DNA of 64,000 nucleotides from an uncultured Nitrososphaeraceae archaeon (GCA_963779615.1 CAVZZA010000005.1:544001-608000), one strand, 5' to 3'. Shown: positions 10,746 to 21,388, numbered from the stretch's first letter. Numbers and translations are program-made. Notes: generated from the sequence alone by a model not told the origin.

Positions 10746-12317
10746 TTATTTTCCAGACTGAATAATTGGTGGTGGGCTCCATGTTCCATTCAAAAGTGAT
10801 TCAGATGGCAGGTAATTACGCAAAACCAATTTAAAGTTAGGAGAATCTTGAACGGATGGTGCGGGCAGCCAGTTGGGTTGTTTCTCCGGTCCAGGACTAT
10901 CATGCTGTATGTAGATGTCAAGTGAGCCATCAGTGTTGTTCTTTAGCCCCTCTGTGTACATTCCCACACTGTAGCGATTTATTGGATTGTCTACAAACAA
11001 TGACAAATTATCATACATTGTAATAGACCAAAATCCATTCACTGGAGGAGTTTGTCCTGGCTCAAAGTGGATTGTGTAGTTGTTAGATCCGGCCAGAGTT
11101 TTTCCTTGAGAATCTGCAAATGAGATGGGATAAACCGCTTCCTGTCCTATGTTTGCCCCAAACCCGGCTTTAGTAACGGCAGCACGGAAAAGGTAGTCAG
11201 TTCCGTATACACCCATACCTGCATTTACACTCCAACCGTTAACTACACCCCCAATGTTTGCTACTTGTGCAGATATCATCTTCTCGCCTTCAGTAATGCC
11301 GGTTTGAAGGGCCGATTTTACCGTGTCATTAGCCTGTGTTGACGGTGCCTTACCAGGGCCAACGCCTATGCTGGCAAGCTTTTTGACAAGATCCGGGTCA
11401 GGAGGACTCAATGGGTTGCCAATCATCGCAGCACCAATCTCATCGTATATTTTGATACCGGTGGTGGGTATGAAGGGAGGAGTAGGCTTGATTGGAACTT
11501 CAGTGCTTGATGAATTTGTCATGGTGGTAGTGGTTGTCCCGGATGATGTGCCTGTTGACGTTGAAGTTGAGTTGCTTAGGTAAACTGAAAGCGGCATCAC
11601 TTTTATCTGGTCTTGAATTGCATTTACGTTAGAAATGTCAGATGGTCCCTTTACCAGGATCCTGTTAAAAACCCAGTTAAGGTCGGTAGGGGCCCATATC
11701 TTGGTCACACCATCAGGAACTGTGCCTTGCCAGTTGGGGCCTGCGATTAGATAAGTGCCGCCTTCAGAGTTTGTGGCCCTGGTACCGAGATATGTGTAGT
11801 CATTTGTGTATGCGTCCAAAAACTGAAATGTGGAATACCTGTCCGGCTCAATTGGGGGCACCTTTAGAACAACTGGCTCTTTTGTCAGGTCGAGCCAAGC
11901 CTGGCCATACAGTGTATCCGCATTTGGAGTTACAGCGTCTCTGGAACTTGCGTTAACGAGTTCACGGGAAAAGGCAATCTCGTTTACAGGTCCAGAAAAA
12001 GTTATTCCCTTGGCCATGGTATCGGGATTTGTGAAGTAGTCAAAACTTCTTTGCATTGTTATGAGCGGATAACCCCAAATGTACGCAAGGGTTGCTATAT
12101 CTCCGGGATTGTTGGAAGTCGAGATATCAACCATTTTCTTTTCGATGTCGCCAATGCTTGAATTTACAGAAATGTTTGAACTATTAGAAACAGGAGAGGT
12201 GGTGGAAGATGGGATTTCCTGCGCCCTAGTAGTTAAAGGGCTGATTCCAATAAATGGAGACACAGTCAAAATCCCCATTAAAAAAACGGATAGAAGAATG
12301 TCCTTATTGATTCTCAT
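10746..12317 (-). CDS. Secreted DUF1254/DUF1214 domain protein (tandem paralog)
   Basis: Same architecture and motifs as 8606..10180, with a Ser/Thr-rich linker. Confidence 0.9.
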   Translation of the reverse strand: MRINKDILLSVFLMGILTVSPFIGISPLTTRAQEIPSSTTSPVSNSSNISVNSSIGDIEKKMVDISTSNNPGDIATLAYIWGYPLITMQRSFDYFTNPDTMAKGITFSGPVNEIAFSRELVNASSRDAVTPNADTLYGQAWLDLTKEPVVLKVPPIEPDRYSTFQFLDAYTNDYTYLGTRATNSEGGTYLIAGPNWQGTVPDGVTKIWAPTDLNWVFNRILVKGPSDISNVNAIQDQIKVMPLSVYLSNSTSTSTGTSSGTTTTTMTNSSSTEVPIKPTPPFIPTTGIKIYDEIGAAMIGNPLSPPDPDLVKKLASIGVGPGKAPSTQANDTVKSALQTGITEGEKMISAQVANIGGVVNGWSVNAGMGVYGTDYLFRAAVTKAGFGANIGQEAVYPISFADSQGKTLAGSNNYTIHFEPGQTPPVNGFWSITMYDNLSLFVDNPINRYSVGMYTEGLKNNTDGSLDIYIQHDSPGPEKQPNWLPAPSVQDSPNFKLVLRNYLPSESLLNGTWSPPPIIQSGK

Positions 12318-12614
12318 GCGTTTTTGTAATTTTACCAGTATTTAAGCGTAAATAGTACATACATGGCTTATGGTATTGGCGGGCTCCGCTAACTTAAAGA
12401 TAACCCCATATGATAATGGGCTATTCTTTTTGTGGATATCAAAGGAAATATTGCGTTTTCTTGATAATATCTTGGCTATGGTTTGTTGTTACTGCATTCT
12501 TGTTATTACATCACTATGTAACTTTATTTGAGAATGATTGCCTGCCCCTAACAGGACATGATGTCAAACGCTCATCAATTTTGATAAACTATGGTGAGTG
12601 TGAATGTGAGACAA

Positions 12615-12870
12615 GTAAAGCAATAGATGTATTTTCGTTATGTGCTTTGCAATCAGGAAACCCAAAGTCAAGGCAGGGTCAAGATATGCCATTGATGTTT
12701 TGCCAGATAATTATACGCCTATTGCGACGCCCACAAAGGGGGCAAATGCAATAAGGGGGATACCCAATCTTCAACCCAGTTTGGCACCCATAACCGCAGA
12801 ACCCTCATCCAATACCACTAAAATGAACGTTCTAATTATTTCAACTAAAAGTTTTATTTGATTGAACGAT
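12615..12870 (-). pseudogene. Aquaporin (MIP family) N-terminal half remnant
   Basis: Manual translation: LLVEIIRTFILVV...G*RLGIPLIAFAPFVGVAIGV*LSGKTSMAYLDPALTLGFLI. This is a decayed E..GTF motif and S.AHLNPA.T motif with two in-frame stops. Confidence 0.75.
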
Positions 12871-13446
12871 ATTTTATTTTTTAGTAGTATTGAAGATAGT
12901 TTTGTTCCTTTCAAAGTTTATCGCATTCTATTTTTTTGTTGTTTTTTATGCGACAAGACACTCAAGGACAATTTAATTTCATGCACATCTACATTAGGTG
13001 CTACATATGGCGAAAGCGTTAAGAGTACCAGCAATAATAGAACAGGGAAACTCGTGAAAAAAAAGAAAAAGATAAAATTTTTGCCTTTTGTTGATGCTTT
13101 CTGATTTCATGCGTATTGGATACTTTTTTAATGTTCAAGGATACCATACAGGTCTAACCCTTGCCTCTAAACCAATAAAGCAAACTACAACATGTCAAGA
13201 TATTAAAAAACATTTGAGACAATACACACTGTAGATAAGGTATATCCTAAAGGAAAAACAAATGAATTGCGTCATAAATTACCCAATATAGGATAGTAAA
13301 ATGCCAAGAAAAAATAGGAATGCAACAGATATTTTTTATCTATTGTTCATTGTTCATTATTTTACAGCTGCTTGGAAAATAACTCAATTTCATATTTCAG
13401 GTTTATACCGTATTTATGAGTCATCCGTATCAACAAACAAATAAGT

Positions 13447-14010
13447 TTAATTATCTGTAGGCCTATCAGAATGTCTTTTTCCCTGGAAATAAGTCAGTGT
13501 GTATGTTAAACCTCCACAAATGACTCCCATGCTCAAGACTCCAATGGAAAAAGCTATTGGAGTAATTAACTCGTTCAATACTTCAACATTCTGTGCACCT
13601 ATTTTTCCTTCGGTAAAAACAGACAATACGCCAGCGCCAGATAACCCAGCAAATATCATAAGTATGGTTGCCAGGGGACCTCCAATATTCATGCCGACCA
13701 AATGGATCCATGCTAAAGCATTTGGCATGCCAGAAATCTTTCGTTTAAGATTGACTTCCAAATGTATGTAAAAAATGGCAGTAACCGCTATGGCGACAAT
13801 GAGAATAAGATAAAATATTATGCCAAGAAAAAACCATTTTGCAGGGCCTTCAAAAGACAAAGATAAAAACTGTATCATGTTCAAATTGCTTGCAAAAACA
13901 AATTGAGCTCCCACCATTGATAATGCCATTGAGGTCACTATACCCCCTTGGATTATGGCTGCAGCGATGAATCTATTACCCCAGGTTGTATTATGCGTAT
14001 CGTTCATCAT
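13447..14010 (-). CDS. Hypothetical membrane protein (about 4 TM helices)
   Basis: 187-aa ORF with four hydrophobic segments and a WIHLVGMNIG motif. Confidence 0.75.
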   Translation of the reverse strand: MMNDTHNTTWGNRFIAAAIIQGGIVTSMALSMVGAQFVFASNLNMIQFLSLSFEGPAKWFFLGIIFYLILIVAIAVTAIFYIHLEVNLKRKISGMPNALAWIHLVGMNIGGPLATILMIFAGLSGAGVLSVFTEGKIGAQNVEVLNELITPIAFSIGVLSMGVICGGLTYTLTYFQGKRHSDRPTDN

Positions 14011-14424
14011 AAGACATTGTTATTTTCTGTCAACTTATTATAGGTTGATTTAAAATTTCCAGCATGTTTTGAATGAACTGTGCACAAATGATGTTCCTAC
14101 AAAAAAATTGTGACCTGTCGCCATTTCCCATCAGGACAACATTGAATGCTCTTTTGATTCAAATCATTCAAATCCAAATGAATAAAGAGATAAAAAATGC
14201 ACTAAACATCAAAAACACTTTTCACTTTGGATACGGAAACACTGCCAAACCAATTGCATTAAGTGGTTATTCATAACTTTAATTTAGAATGTTGTTAAAT
14301 CAGTATGCCATCACAAGAAAAAGCCAGGATACAAAAGGGTTAAAATTAACAGATAATGCGAATTGATTCTTTATCTCACCTGTCTTGTCAACTGATTAAA
14401 TTGATGGAAGGAATGAGAAAAATG

Positions 14425-14600
14425 AAAAAAGTTAGGTTATGTGTTGAAAACGGGTCAACAAAATAGGACATGCACATGACCTGGTTACCGCACCCAAAAG
14501 CTTGAAGCTATCGGAATAAAAAGATTGGTCAATGAGGCTCCATGGGTTCAAGGTGTTAGAAAAAAATCTCAAGCAGGTAAAAAGGCCAGTAAAAAGAAGA
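14425..14600 (+). pseudogene. Remnant of a tyrosine-recombinase/integrase-like gene
   Basis: With one frameshift it reads DLVTAPK/LEAIGIKRLVNEAPWVQGVRKK. This resembles, from memory, the segment just before the H-x-x-R motif in Nitrososphaerales integrase-like proteins. Catalytic residues are absent. Confidence 0.4.
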
Positions 14601-14716
14601 CAATGATGGTGACTATCATCAAATCATTATTTTAATACATTCATATATAATTAATAGAGATGATTTATCTGCCATTATTTCTGTTATCATACCTGAAATT
14701 CTTGTTTTTTAAATAA

Positions 14717-15295
14717 TTATTTATTGTTTTTTAAGTTCTCAAACTCTTTTTTAAATGCGTTTACTGTTTCAACATCAAGCAAGCAAAATTCTACAATCTT
14801 GATATTTGAAGGCAAACCTTCTCTGCGAGTTAAAAAGTTCATTGTTTCTTTTACCAGTATTTTTGCACACCTGTCCTTGGGGAAGCCAAATACTCCTGAA
14901 CTTATTGCAGGTATTGATATGCTTTTAAATGCTTTTTGTGTGGCGAGTTCAAGACAGCTATTGATGGCGTTACTTAACTTTTCATCTTCATTACCTTCGC
15001 CCATTTTTGGGCCCACAGTATGAATTACCGCTTTGCATTGCAAATTTCCACTTGAGGTTATTGCAGATGACCCCACTTTTACAAAACCAATTCTGCTGCT
15101 TTCTTCTTGTATGGTTTTTCCTCCTTTTCTTGCTATTGCACCAGCTACACCTGCGCCATGTATCAAGTAAGAATTTGCGGCATTGACTATGACATCAACT
15201 TTTCTATCGGTGATATCACCTTCAACCAATCTTAACAACGTGTCACCATTAACCACAAGGTCGTCTATTGTCCTGGAATTCAATCTGTTATTCAT
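14717..15295 (-). CDS. Macrodomain protein (ADP-ribose binding / O-acetyl-ADP-ribose deacetylase, YmdB-like)
   Basis: GDIT, VDVIVNAAN, HGAGVAGAI, VIHTVGP and SIPAISSGVFGFP are the complete macro signature. Confidence 0.93.
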   Translation of the reverse strand: MNNRLNSRTIDDLVVNGDTLLRLVEGDITDRKVDVIVNAANSYLIHGAGVAGAIARKGGKTIQEESSRIGFVKVGSSAITSSGNLQCKAVIHTVGPKMGEGNEDEKLSNAINSCLELATQKAFKSISIPAISSGVFGFPKDRCAKILVKETMNFLTRREGLPSNIKIVEFCLLDVETVNAFKKEFENLKNNK

Positions 15296-15806
15296 AATGT
15301 TTTTTCATGTTATTAAAAATTAAGATAAGGTGGAATTAACTATAAAACATTCAAACTACTTTTGACCAAAATCTTTCAGGATGTGTTTTGATTTTCCCAA
15401 AGAAACCTTTATACAAATCGGCAACATCTCAGATGAGGTTCAGAGAAAAATTTCAAAATCAACCACCATGTGATTGAATTCATGGTATTTTATAGAAATA
15501 TTTCAAAATTTACATGATACTAATAAACAAGCTCAAAGAACAAATAATTTTAATTCTGTAACTGCATGAACAGTGTTTTTATCAACCTTTGCTTTGATGG
15601 AACTTGAAATATTCAGGATTTATTTTGATATTTCAGTTGTGCCCTGAAATTATTATTTTTGTGTCGTTGTTGCTGCTTTAATGAATATTCCCATCCTTCA
15701 TTTCCATTTGCTGTGTTTAAAAGTTTGGAGGCAACAAAAAAAGATGAAGGTTATTTGTGGTCACAATGGGGCAATATTTGAATTACAGCAACAGTGCTCC
15801 CAGCTG

Positions 15807-16142
15807 CTAGTTGTTCCTGCTTCCGCCAACACCATTAGGTGCATTAGTCGACTGTTGGCATGAAAAATAATCTTTTCCTTGCCCTGATATGCAACCCGAC
15901 AGGAATCCTTCATAGTAAGCCCGTTCGTTGATACCACACTGACTAAACGCGCTTTGATTGTATGCATGGTTTTGTTTTCCGTCAGCAAAACCTGAATTAT
16001 AACAAGCTTGGTTCTTTGGGTCATTCCTGTTTTGATCATCACGGTCTTCGTCATTGCTGCCATATGCAACCATGGTTCCCATAGGTGCAACAGCACTGAT
16101 TATACCTAGAACTGCTATCATTGTGAGGTACATTTTTCGCAT
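15807..16142 (-). CDS. Small secreted cysteine-containing hypothetical protein
   Basis: Signal peptide followed by four Cys and two Y..GF..G motifs (CYNSGFADG; YYEGFLSGC). Confidence 0.65.
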   Translation of the reverse strand: MRKMYLTMIAVLGIISAVAPMGTMVAYGSNDEDRDDQNRNDPKNQACYNSGFADGKQNHAYNQSAFSQCGINERAYYEGFLSGCISGQGKDYFSCQQSTNAPNGVGGSRNN

Positions 16143-16360
16143 CAGTTGAATGCACTCCCTCTAGTTACCACATATTTAAGATTAAGATCGGCTATTAGCA
16201 TAACTCTTTAGTAGTAAAGAACTAGTTAAGCTTTGCTGCAAATCCATATAAAAAACTATGCTGTTGTAATCTATTCCATAACTCGGTATCATAAAATTAG
16301 TTCTGTCAGGTTTGTGCCCCTCTTTTTCCAAACATGCTGTACAATAATATGGTTATCTTC

Positions 16361-16520
16361 CTTAGGCGTTGGTTATTGTGCATGTGGCTGTTTGGCCTCC
16401 ACTGCCTATTGTGCCATTGCACCCTTCCGAAAATGTCGTTGTGAGGGGCGCCATAGCGGAGACGGTGGTGTCACCATTGTTTGCCACGTACATAAGGCCG
16501 TTGTTCGGGTCAAAGGCAAG
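16361..16520 (-). pseudogene. YVTN beta-propeller C-terminal fragment, paralogous to 191-350
   Basis: Ungapped match to 191-350 (about 127/160 nt identical by hand count); translates LAFDPNNGLMYVANNGDTTVSAMAPLTTTF...CTITNA*. Confidence 0.8.
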
Positions 16521-16624
16521 TGTTTGATATTATTTTTGAGAATGATAAATCATATGCGTCTTATCTTGGTTGCAATTACAACCCTATCCTCATAGAATCC
16601 ATTATTGTGGCGACAATTTTTCAT

Positions 16625-16950
16625 AACTACAAGATTCATTTTGGAAATGGTCAGATTCCGCCAGTAAAGCCTGGTGACTTTTGGTCTCTCCCAGTGTATG
16701 ATGAAAAGGGATTTCTTGTAAATAACCCACTAAACCGCCATGTAACAAATGAGGAAACGGAATGACTAAAAAAAGGTGATCACGGATCCGTTGATATTCA
16801 TCTCTCCGCTAAAGATCCAGGTGTCGACAAGGAATCAAACTGGCTTCCAATTCCCACTACAAAGTTTAACGTGGCTCTTTTAATCGATATTCCGGAAGAT
16901 CAGGTAATGTCAGAAAAAGTACAAGGCCCCCAATACAAAGGGTAACGTAA
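16625..16950 (+). pseudogene. DUF1214 C-terminal fragment
   Basis: NYKIHF..GQIPPV..FWSLPVYD...NNPLNR..TE*LKK..GSVDIHL...KESNWLP...PPIQRVT* aligns with the C-termini of the 8606 and 10746 genes; one in-frame TGA. Confidence 0.8.
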
Positions 16951-16985
16951 TCTGACTTGTTCCTGATGAAGGGGATTAAGTCGGG

Positions 16986-17098
16986 TTGCACCTTTATCAT
17001 GGAACCATACCTACAATGAAACCAGGTCAAACCTTAGGACATGAGTATATTGTAGGCCATACAAGAAGATGGATCTGCAGTAACTGAAGTAAAAGAGA
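16986..17098 (+). pseudogene. Internal fragment of a Zn-dependent FDH-like dehydrogenase
   Basis: LHLYHGTIPTMKPGQTLGHEY../IQEDGSAVTEVKE versus LHLYHGNVPGMEPGQTLGHEF..VDEIGSQVNELKK in the 2333 gene. Confidence 0.75.
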
Positions 17099-17182
17099 TA
17101 ACCAGCGGGACATGATTTTCATTTATATCCTCATTATAAAATTTTAAAGAAAATTAAAAAATTAAAAAATTAAGATTGCAGG

Positions 17183-17737
17183 TTATTTCATCTGTATGTT
17201 TCGTGGCCTCCCGGTTACCCCTGCCGAAATTATTTGTATGCTGGTTACAAGCAAGGATATCCCTATCAGTATCCCTGCAAGCGCAAGTCCAATTCCAGGG
17301 TAAGCAATTACTATTATGCCAAAGATTATGGACAGAATGCCCACTCCAATGCCAAACTGCTTTGACCAGCCCTTGCTGTGCTTGTCTTTGACACCGCGAA
17401 TAACCCTTGATATTCCGTCAACCAAAAGTGCAATGCCAAGCAACAACACCACAATAACACTTGCCCCTGCAGGGTATGCCATGGCAACCAACGCCACAAC
17501 TATAACAATTATCCCCAACCCTACGCTTAAGAAACGGGATTTTACAGGCAACAGAATACCGCTAATCACCATTTCGATTCCGGCAAACAACAAGAGAAGG
17601 GCAAGAAAGAAAATGACAGAAATGCTTCCCAGAATTGGATTGATTAACACAATTATTGACAATGCCAGGATAATTATACCCAAGCCAATTTGGGCTATTC
17701 GTACCCAACCGGGTGACTTTTCAATGCTCAAACACAA
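17183..17737 (-). CDS. HdeD/DUF308 family membrane protein
   Basis: Six TM helices with repeated G...i..G...l..P motifs; start probably TTG at 17731 (MSIEKSPGW). Confidence 0.85.
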   Translation of the reverse strand: MCLSIEKSPGWVRIAQIGLGIIILALSIIVLINPILGSISVIFFLALLLLFAGIEMVISGILLPVKSRFLSVGLGIIVIVVALVAMAYPAGASVIVVLLLGIALLVDGISRVIRGVKDKHSKGWSKQFGIGVGILSIIFGIIVIAYPGIGLALAGILIGISLLVTSIQIISAGVTGRPRNIQMK

Positions 17738-18154
17738 TTACCTCCAACAGTTGCTATGCCTTGTTTTGAACACAGGCCATTTGTAAAAACGAGATGTACT
17801 ATTTGCAGATAATTTTTCCTGATTGGAAAAATATTCAGATCATTTGCATTATTCATACTATATCCAATTAGGATACCTGCACACCAATAGATAAGATTTT
17901 GACAACACCTTGATGAAACCTACCAAGCATTGCGAACTTATCAATACTTGGTTGTTTAGCAGCCCATTTGCAAATAGGATAAACGCAACATCAAATAACA
18001 ATGAAAAGCCAGACATGCATCATACATGACAATCCAAAACACGCAATTCACAAATTTCCAGTTGGAACAACGATAGGAAAAGTCATTACCACGGGTCGGA
18101 ATCTGAAGTATTAAAACTTATAACGCATGTTTTAACCTTACCTATTATAATATC

Positions 18155-18541
18155 ATGGAAGAATCCGGCGGAAACATTGGGGAGTTAATCCTAAACCAAA
18201 TCATTGAACACACAGTTTTTGCTTTAGAGTCCATAATAACAATATTTATCATAATAATCGTGGTTATCACTTTAGTATCCTTTTTTAGAATAATGCTTTC
18301 GAGATTTAAGAAAAGAGACAAAGAGCAACAACCTACGAAGATACACAATACGGTGGTACGAATGCTAAGGGGTTTGCTGGTGTCCCTTGATTTCCTAATT
18401 GCCGCTGACATTCTAAAGACCATGCTGGTTCCGTCAATCAACGACCTTGGAATACTTGTGGTTGTTGTAGTCATAAGGATATTGTTAAGCTGGTCGATGT
18501 CAAAGGAGATACAGGACCAGCGTGGTAACGACGGCAAATAA
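18155..18541 (+). CDS. DUF1622 domain membrane protein
   Basis: GLLVSLDFLIAADILKT..PS..DLGIL.VVVVIR.LLSW...KEI signature. Confidence 0.85.
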   Translation: MEESGGNIGELILNQIIEHTVFALESIITIFIIIIVVITLVSFFRIMLSRFKKRDKEQQPTKIHNTVVRMLRGLLVSLDFLIAADILKTMLVPSINDLGILVVVVVIRILLSWSMSKEIQDQRGNDGK

Positions 18542-19100
18542 ACACTGGCAGGTGGGATGATAAAGCATGCAAAAAAGAGTTTGCACCATGTGACATGTGA
18601 CATGCCCATGATTGAAATCTCCGGTTATTTGCAAAAATTTCAATTTTAACCCTCTCTTTTTTCACAAATAAACCCAGTGTCCCCTAAATAAACAAACGGG
18701 TTTGTGAAAACACATAAAACACCGAAAAAGCCTGGATGCAGGCACCATTATTTGATACCCATCGCACACATCAAATGATGTGGCAATTCTGATGCAAACT
18801 TGGCCAAAAAGGCATATGCAACACTCGCAGGTAACCAGAGACACGAATGCAGAGTATGCGTCAGGGTAACCATTTGCATTTAAAAACAAGTTTAGCACGG
18901 GAGAATCATTCTCACACTATTGAAACAAAAGGTTCTGCAGGAGAAAAAGAATGCAGACCATGCTATTCGGCAAAGGAGGTTGCATATGCAAATGCCGACA
19001 ACTGTGTTTTTTTAATGTGTCCACTTTAATAACAGAATCTTTGATCCCTGTCCAGGAATCGGTATCTACTGGTACAGAACACAGGTGTTTTTTTTAGGAT

Positions 19101-19346
19101 CTATGCATTTAACTTGTCTATTTTTTTTGCCAAACTTATATCCTTTTCACTGATTTTGTTTAGGTCATGGGTAATCAGCTTTATCTCTACCTTGTTGTAC
19201 ACGTTTGTGATTTCAGGATGGTGATCCATCTTTTCAGCTTCAAGTGCGATTTTGGAAATAAAGCCAAAGGCCTCAACGAAGTTCTTGAATTTAAAATCTT
19301 TGCACAGTTTTCCATCTATTTCTTTCCAGTCTTGTAATTCGCTCAA
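19101..19346 (-). CDS. Pterin-4-alpha-carbinolamine dehydratase
   Basis: FKFKNFVEAFGF...AEKMDHHPEI.NVYNKV.I.L.THD...SEKD..LA.KID. Confidence 0.92.
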   Translation of the reverse strand: MSELQDWKEIDGKLCKDFKFKNFVEAFGFISKIALEAEKMDHHPEITNVYNKVEIKLITHDLNKISEKDISLAKKIDKLNA

Positions 19347-19410
19347 ACTATTTGATTGTTTTACTGTATAATTTAAATACTTTTACGCGACTCAACCCGG
19401 GAAACATTAG

Positions 19411-20433
19411 TCAGGCTTTTATCTTTTTTTGGCTTATGATCAACCTTATGTTTTCATCAATGATGGAGTGTATAATCAGTCTATACTTTAGGAGTTTGTT
19501 GTTTATGTCATCATTGTTGTCTTCTGGTTGATGAACGTCGTCTTTGAAGAACTCTTCATATTCGTGTATCAGGCCATCTATTCTGGATAGGGAAATCCTG
19601 AGTGTAAGCTGGACTTTTTTGAGAAAGAGTGATTTTCTATCGCTGACATCCAAAGCGCTTTTGCTATTCCCAAAAAACAATCCGTTGTAAATTGTTTCTG
19701 ATTCCTTTTCCACCACTCCATTGTCTTTATCCGCTTTTTGTTTAAAATTGCCATTAAATGCAACATCATTATCGTCACCGCATGTGTCAATGTTATGGGA
19801 TGTAGTAGCACTGCCCCTGACATTCAGGATGTTTTTGATGTTCCTTAAATCCCTTACAGACAGTTTTTTGCTTATGGCGCTGCTTGCCACAATTTTCTGC
19901 TCATTTTCACCAAAGCCCAAGATTTCCAGGGCATGGGAAACCTTTAGCTCCTCACCTTCGATTTTCTGCAGAATATCCTCTGGCAGGTTTAAAAGTTGTA
20001 TCCTGCTGGAAACATACTGCTCACTTTTCATTATTGCATTTGCCAGTTGGGTGATTCCTCCCCAGCCATACTCTGTAACGTATAGTTTAAACGATCTTGC
20101 TTCCTCGACAGAGTTCAAGGTGCGTCTCTGTATGTTTTCAACCATCTGGATCTCAAAAGCATCCTTGTCTGACAATTCTTTCACATGGGCAGTAATTGCC
20201 TTCCACCTGAGTAGCTTGCACGCAAAAAACCGCCTGTGTCCTGCAACAATTTCAAACCCATTTTGGGCAGGTCTAACTATGATTGGCTGCAATAACCCAT
20301 GCCTTCCTATACTGGCTGCCAGTGCTCTTATGGTAGACCGTTGCGCACCTTCACTGGATCTCGTTTGAATCATAGCGGGTGATATCGTGTTCAATGGCAA
20401 ACTTTCTTCTATGGCGGGTTTATCAATAAGCAA
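19411..20433 (-). CDS. ParB/RepB/Spo0J family protein
   Basis: LAASI..HGLLQPIIVRP...FEIVAGHRRFFAC (ParB CTP-binding box), ENIQR..L..VEEA, followed by an HTH (ITQLA..I.KS..YVS). Confidence 0.9.
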   Translation of the reverse strand: MLIDKPAIEESLPLNTISPAMIQTRSSEGAQRSTIRALAASIGRHGLLQPIIVRPAQNGFEIVAGHRRFFACKLLRWKAITAHVKELSDKDAFEIQMVENIQRRTLNSVEEARSFKLYVTEYGWGGITQLANAIMKSEQYVSSRIQLLNLPEDILQKIEGEELKVSHALEILGFGENEQKIVASSAISKKLSVRDLRNIKNILNVRGSATTSHNIDTCGDDNDVAFNGNFKQKADKDNGVVEKESETIYNGLFFGNSKSALDVSDRKSLFLKKVQLTLRISLSRIDGLIHEYEEFFKDDVHQPEDNNDDINNKLLKYRLIIHSIIDENIRLIISQKKIKA

Positions 20434-20566
20434 TTACTATTGTGTTATTGAGGAGATCCGGTATTTATCTACGCTGTTAAAAACAAGCAATAAGACTAAC
20501 ACAATTTTATATTTATTCCATAGGCATTAACTCTTTTTTTATTCAGCTGATACTAACAATACACAC

Positions 20567-20573
20567 TTTATAA
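20567..20573 (+). promoter_or_regulatory. Putative TATA box (TTTATAA) for the SDR gene
   Basis: Lies 27-33 nt upstream of ATG 20600. Confidence 0.45.
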
Positions 20574-20599
20574 GAGAAATAAACAAAGTTCACAATAAA

Positions 20600-21388
20600 A
20601 TGTCATTGTCACTAGAGGATAAGGTTGCGGTGGTGACCGGGTCCACCGGGGGAATCGGGTTTGCGATAGCAAAAGAGTTTGCTGAAAATAATGGCGCAAT
20701 GACTATTGTTTGCTCTAGAGCTTATGTGCAAGCTGAAAGAGCAATAAAAAAGATAAACAGCAGCAAGGTGTTTGCTGCCGAAGTTGATGTGACAAGCGAT
20801 AATAGCGTAAAAAAATTTGTGGAGCAGATATTGTCTAGATTTGGACGAATCGATGTTTTGGTAAACAATGCAGGCTACCCCTTTGATAAAAGCATTTGGT
20901 ACAAAAGGTTTCACGAGGTCACAGATGAAGAGCTGCAAAAGATTCTGGAGGTTGATCTCCAGGGAACTGTGCGAATGTCCAAGGCGGTTATTCCATCCAT
21001 GCTTGAAAAAGACTCAAGCAAAAATGGAGGTGCCGGAGGAGGTGTAATAATAAACATTTCTTCAACGCCTGCAATTGCAGGGCACACCCAGGGCGCCCCA
21101 TACACTATTGCAAAATCTGGAAACATAGCGCTGACAAAGTGTATCGCAATGGAATATGGCAGCGAAAACATCAGGTCGTACACAATGGCCCTTGGCAACA
21201 TTTCAACTTTGGCAACATTAAGCTCAATGACTGAAACGGATAGAATCAACGCCGCAGAGGAGCCCACAATGAAAAGATGGGGGAAACCTGAAGAGGTGGC
21301 AAAGGTTGCTGCAAGCATAGCAGGTGACAGCTTTTCTTATGCAACAGGCAACACCATTGTAATAGATGGCGGGGTTGTGCTATGGTGA
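20600..21388 (+). CDS. SDR family NAD(P)-dependent oxidoreductase
   Basis: TGSTGGIG, NNAG, YxxxK (YTIAK), IVIDGG. Confidence 0.92.
   Translation: MSLSLEDKVAVVTGSTGGIGFAIAKEFAENNGAMTIVCSRAYVQAERAIKKINSSKVFAAEVDVTSDNSVKKFVEQILSRFGRIDVLVNNAGYPFDKSIWYKRFHEVTDEELQKILEVDLQGTVRMSKAVIPSMLEKDSSKNGGAGGGVIINISSTPAIAGHTQGAPYTIAKSGNIALTKCIAMEYGSENIRSYTMALGNISTLATLSSMTETDRINAAEEPTMKRWGKPEEVAKVAASIAGDSFSYATGNTIVIDGGVVLW

Noticed and set aside
191-16520. The 191-350 / 16361-16520 pair as template and variable repeats of a diversity-generating retroelement
   Set aside because: Mismatches involve all four bases and many are synonymous rather than adenine-specific, and there is no reverse transcriptase in the window.
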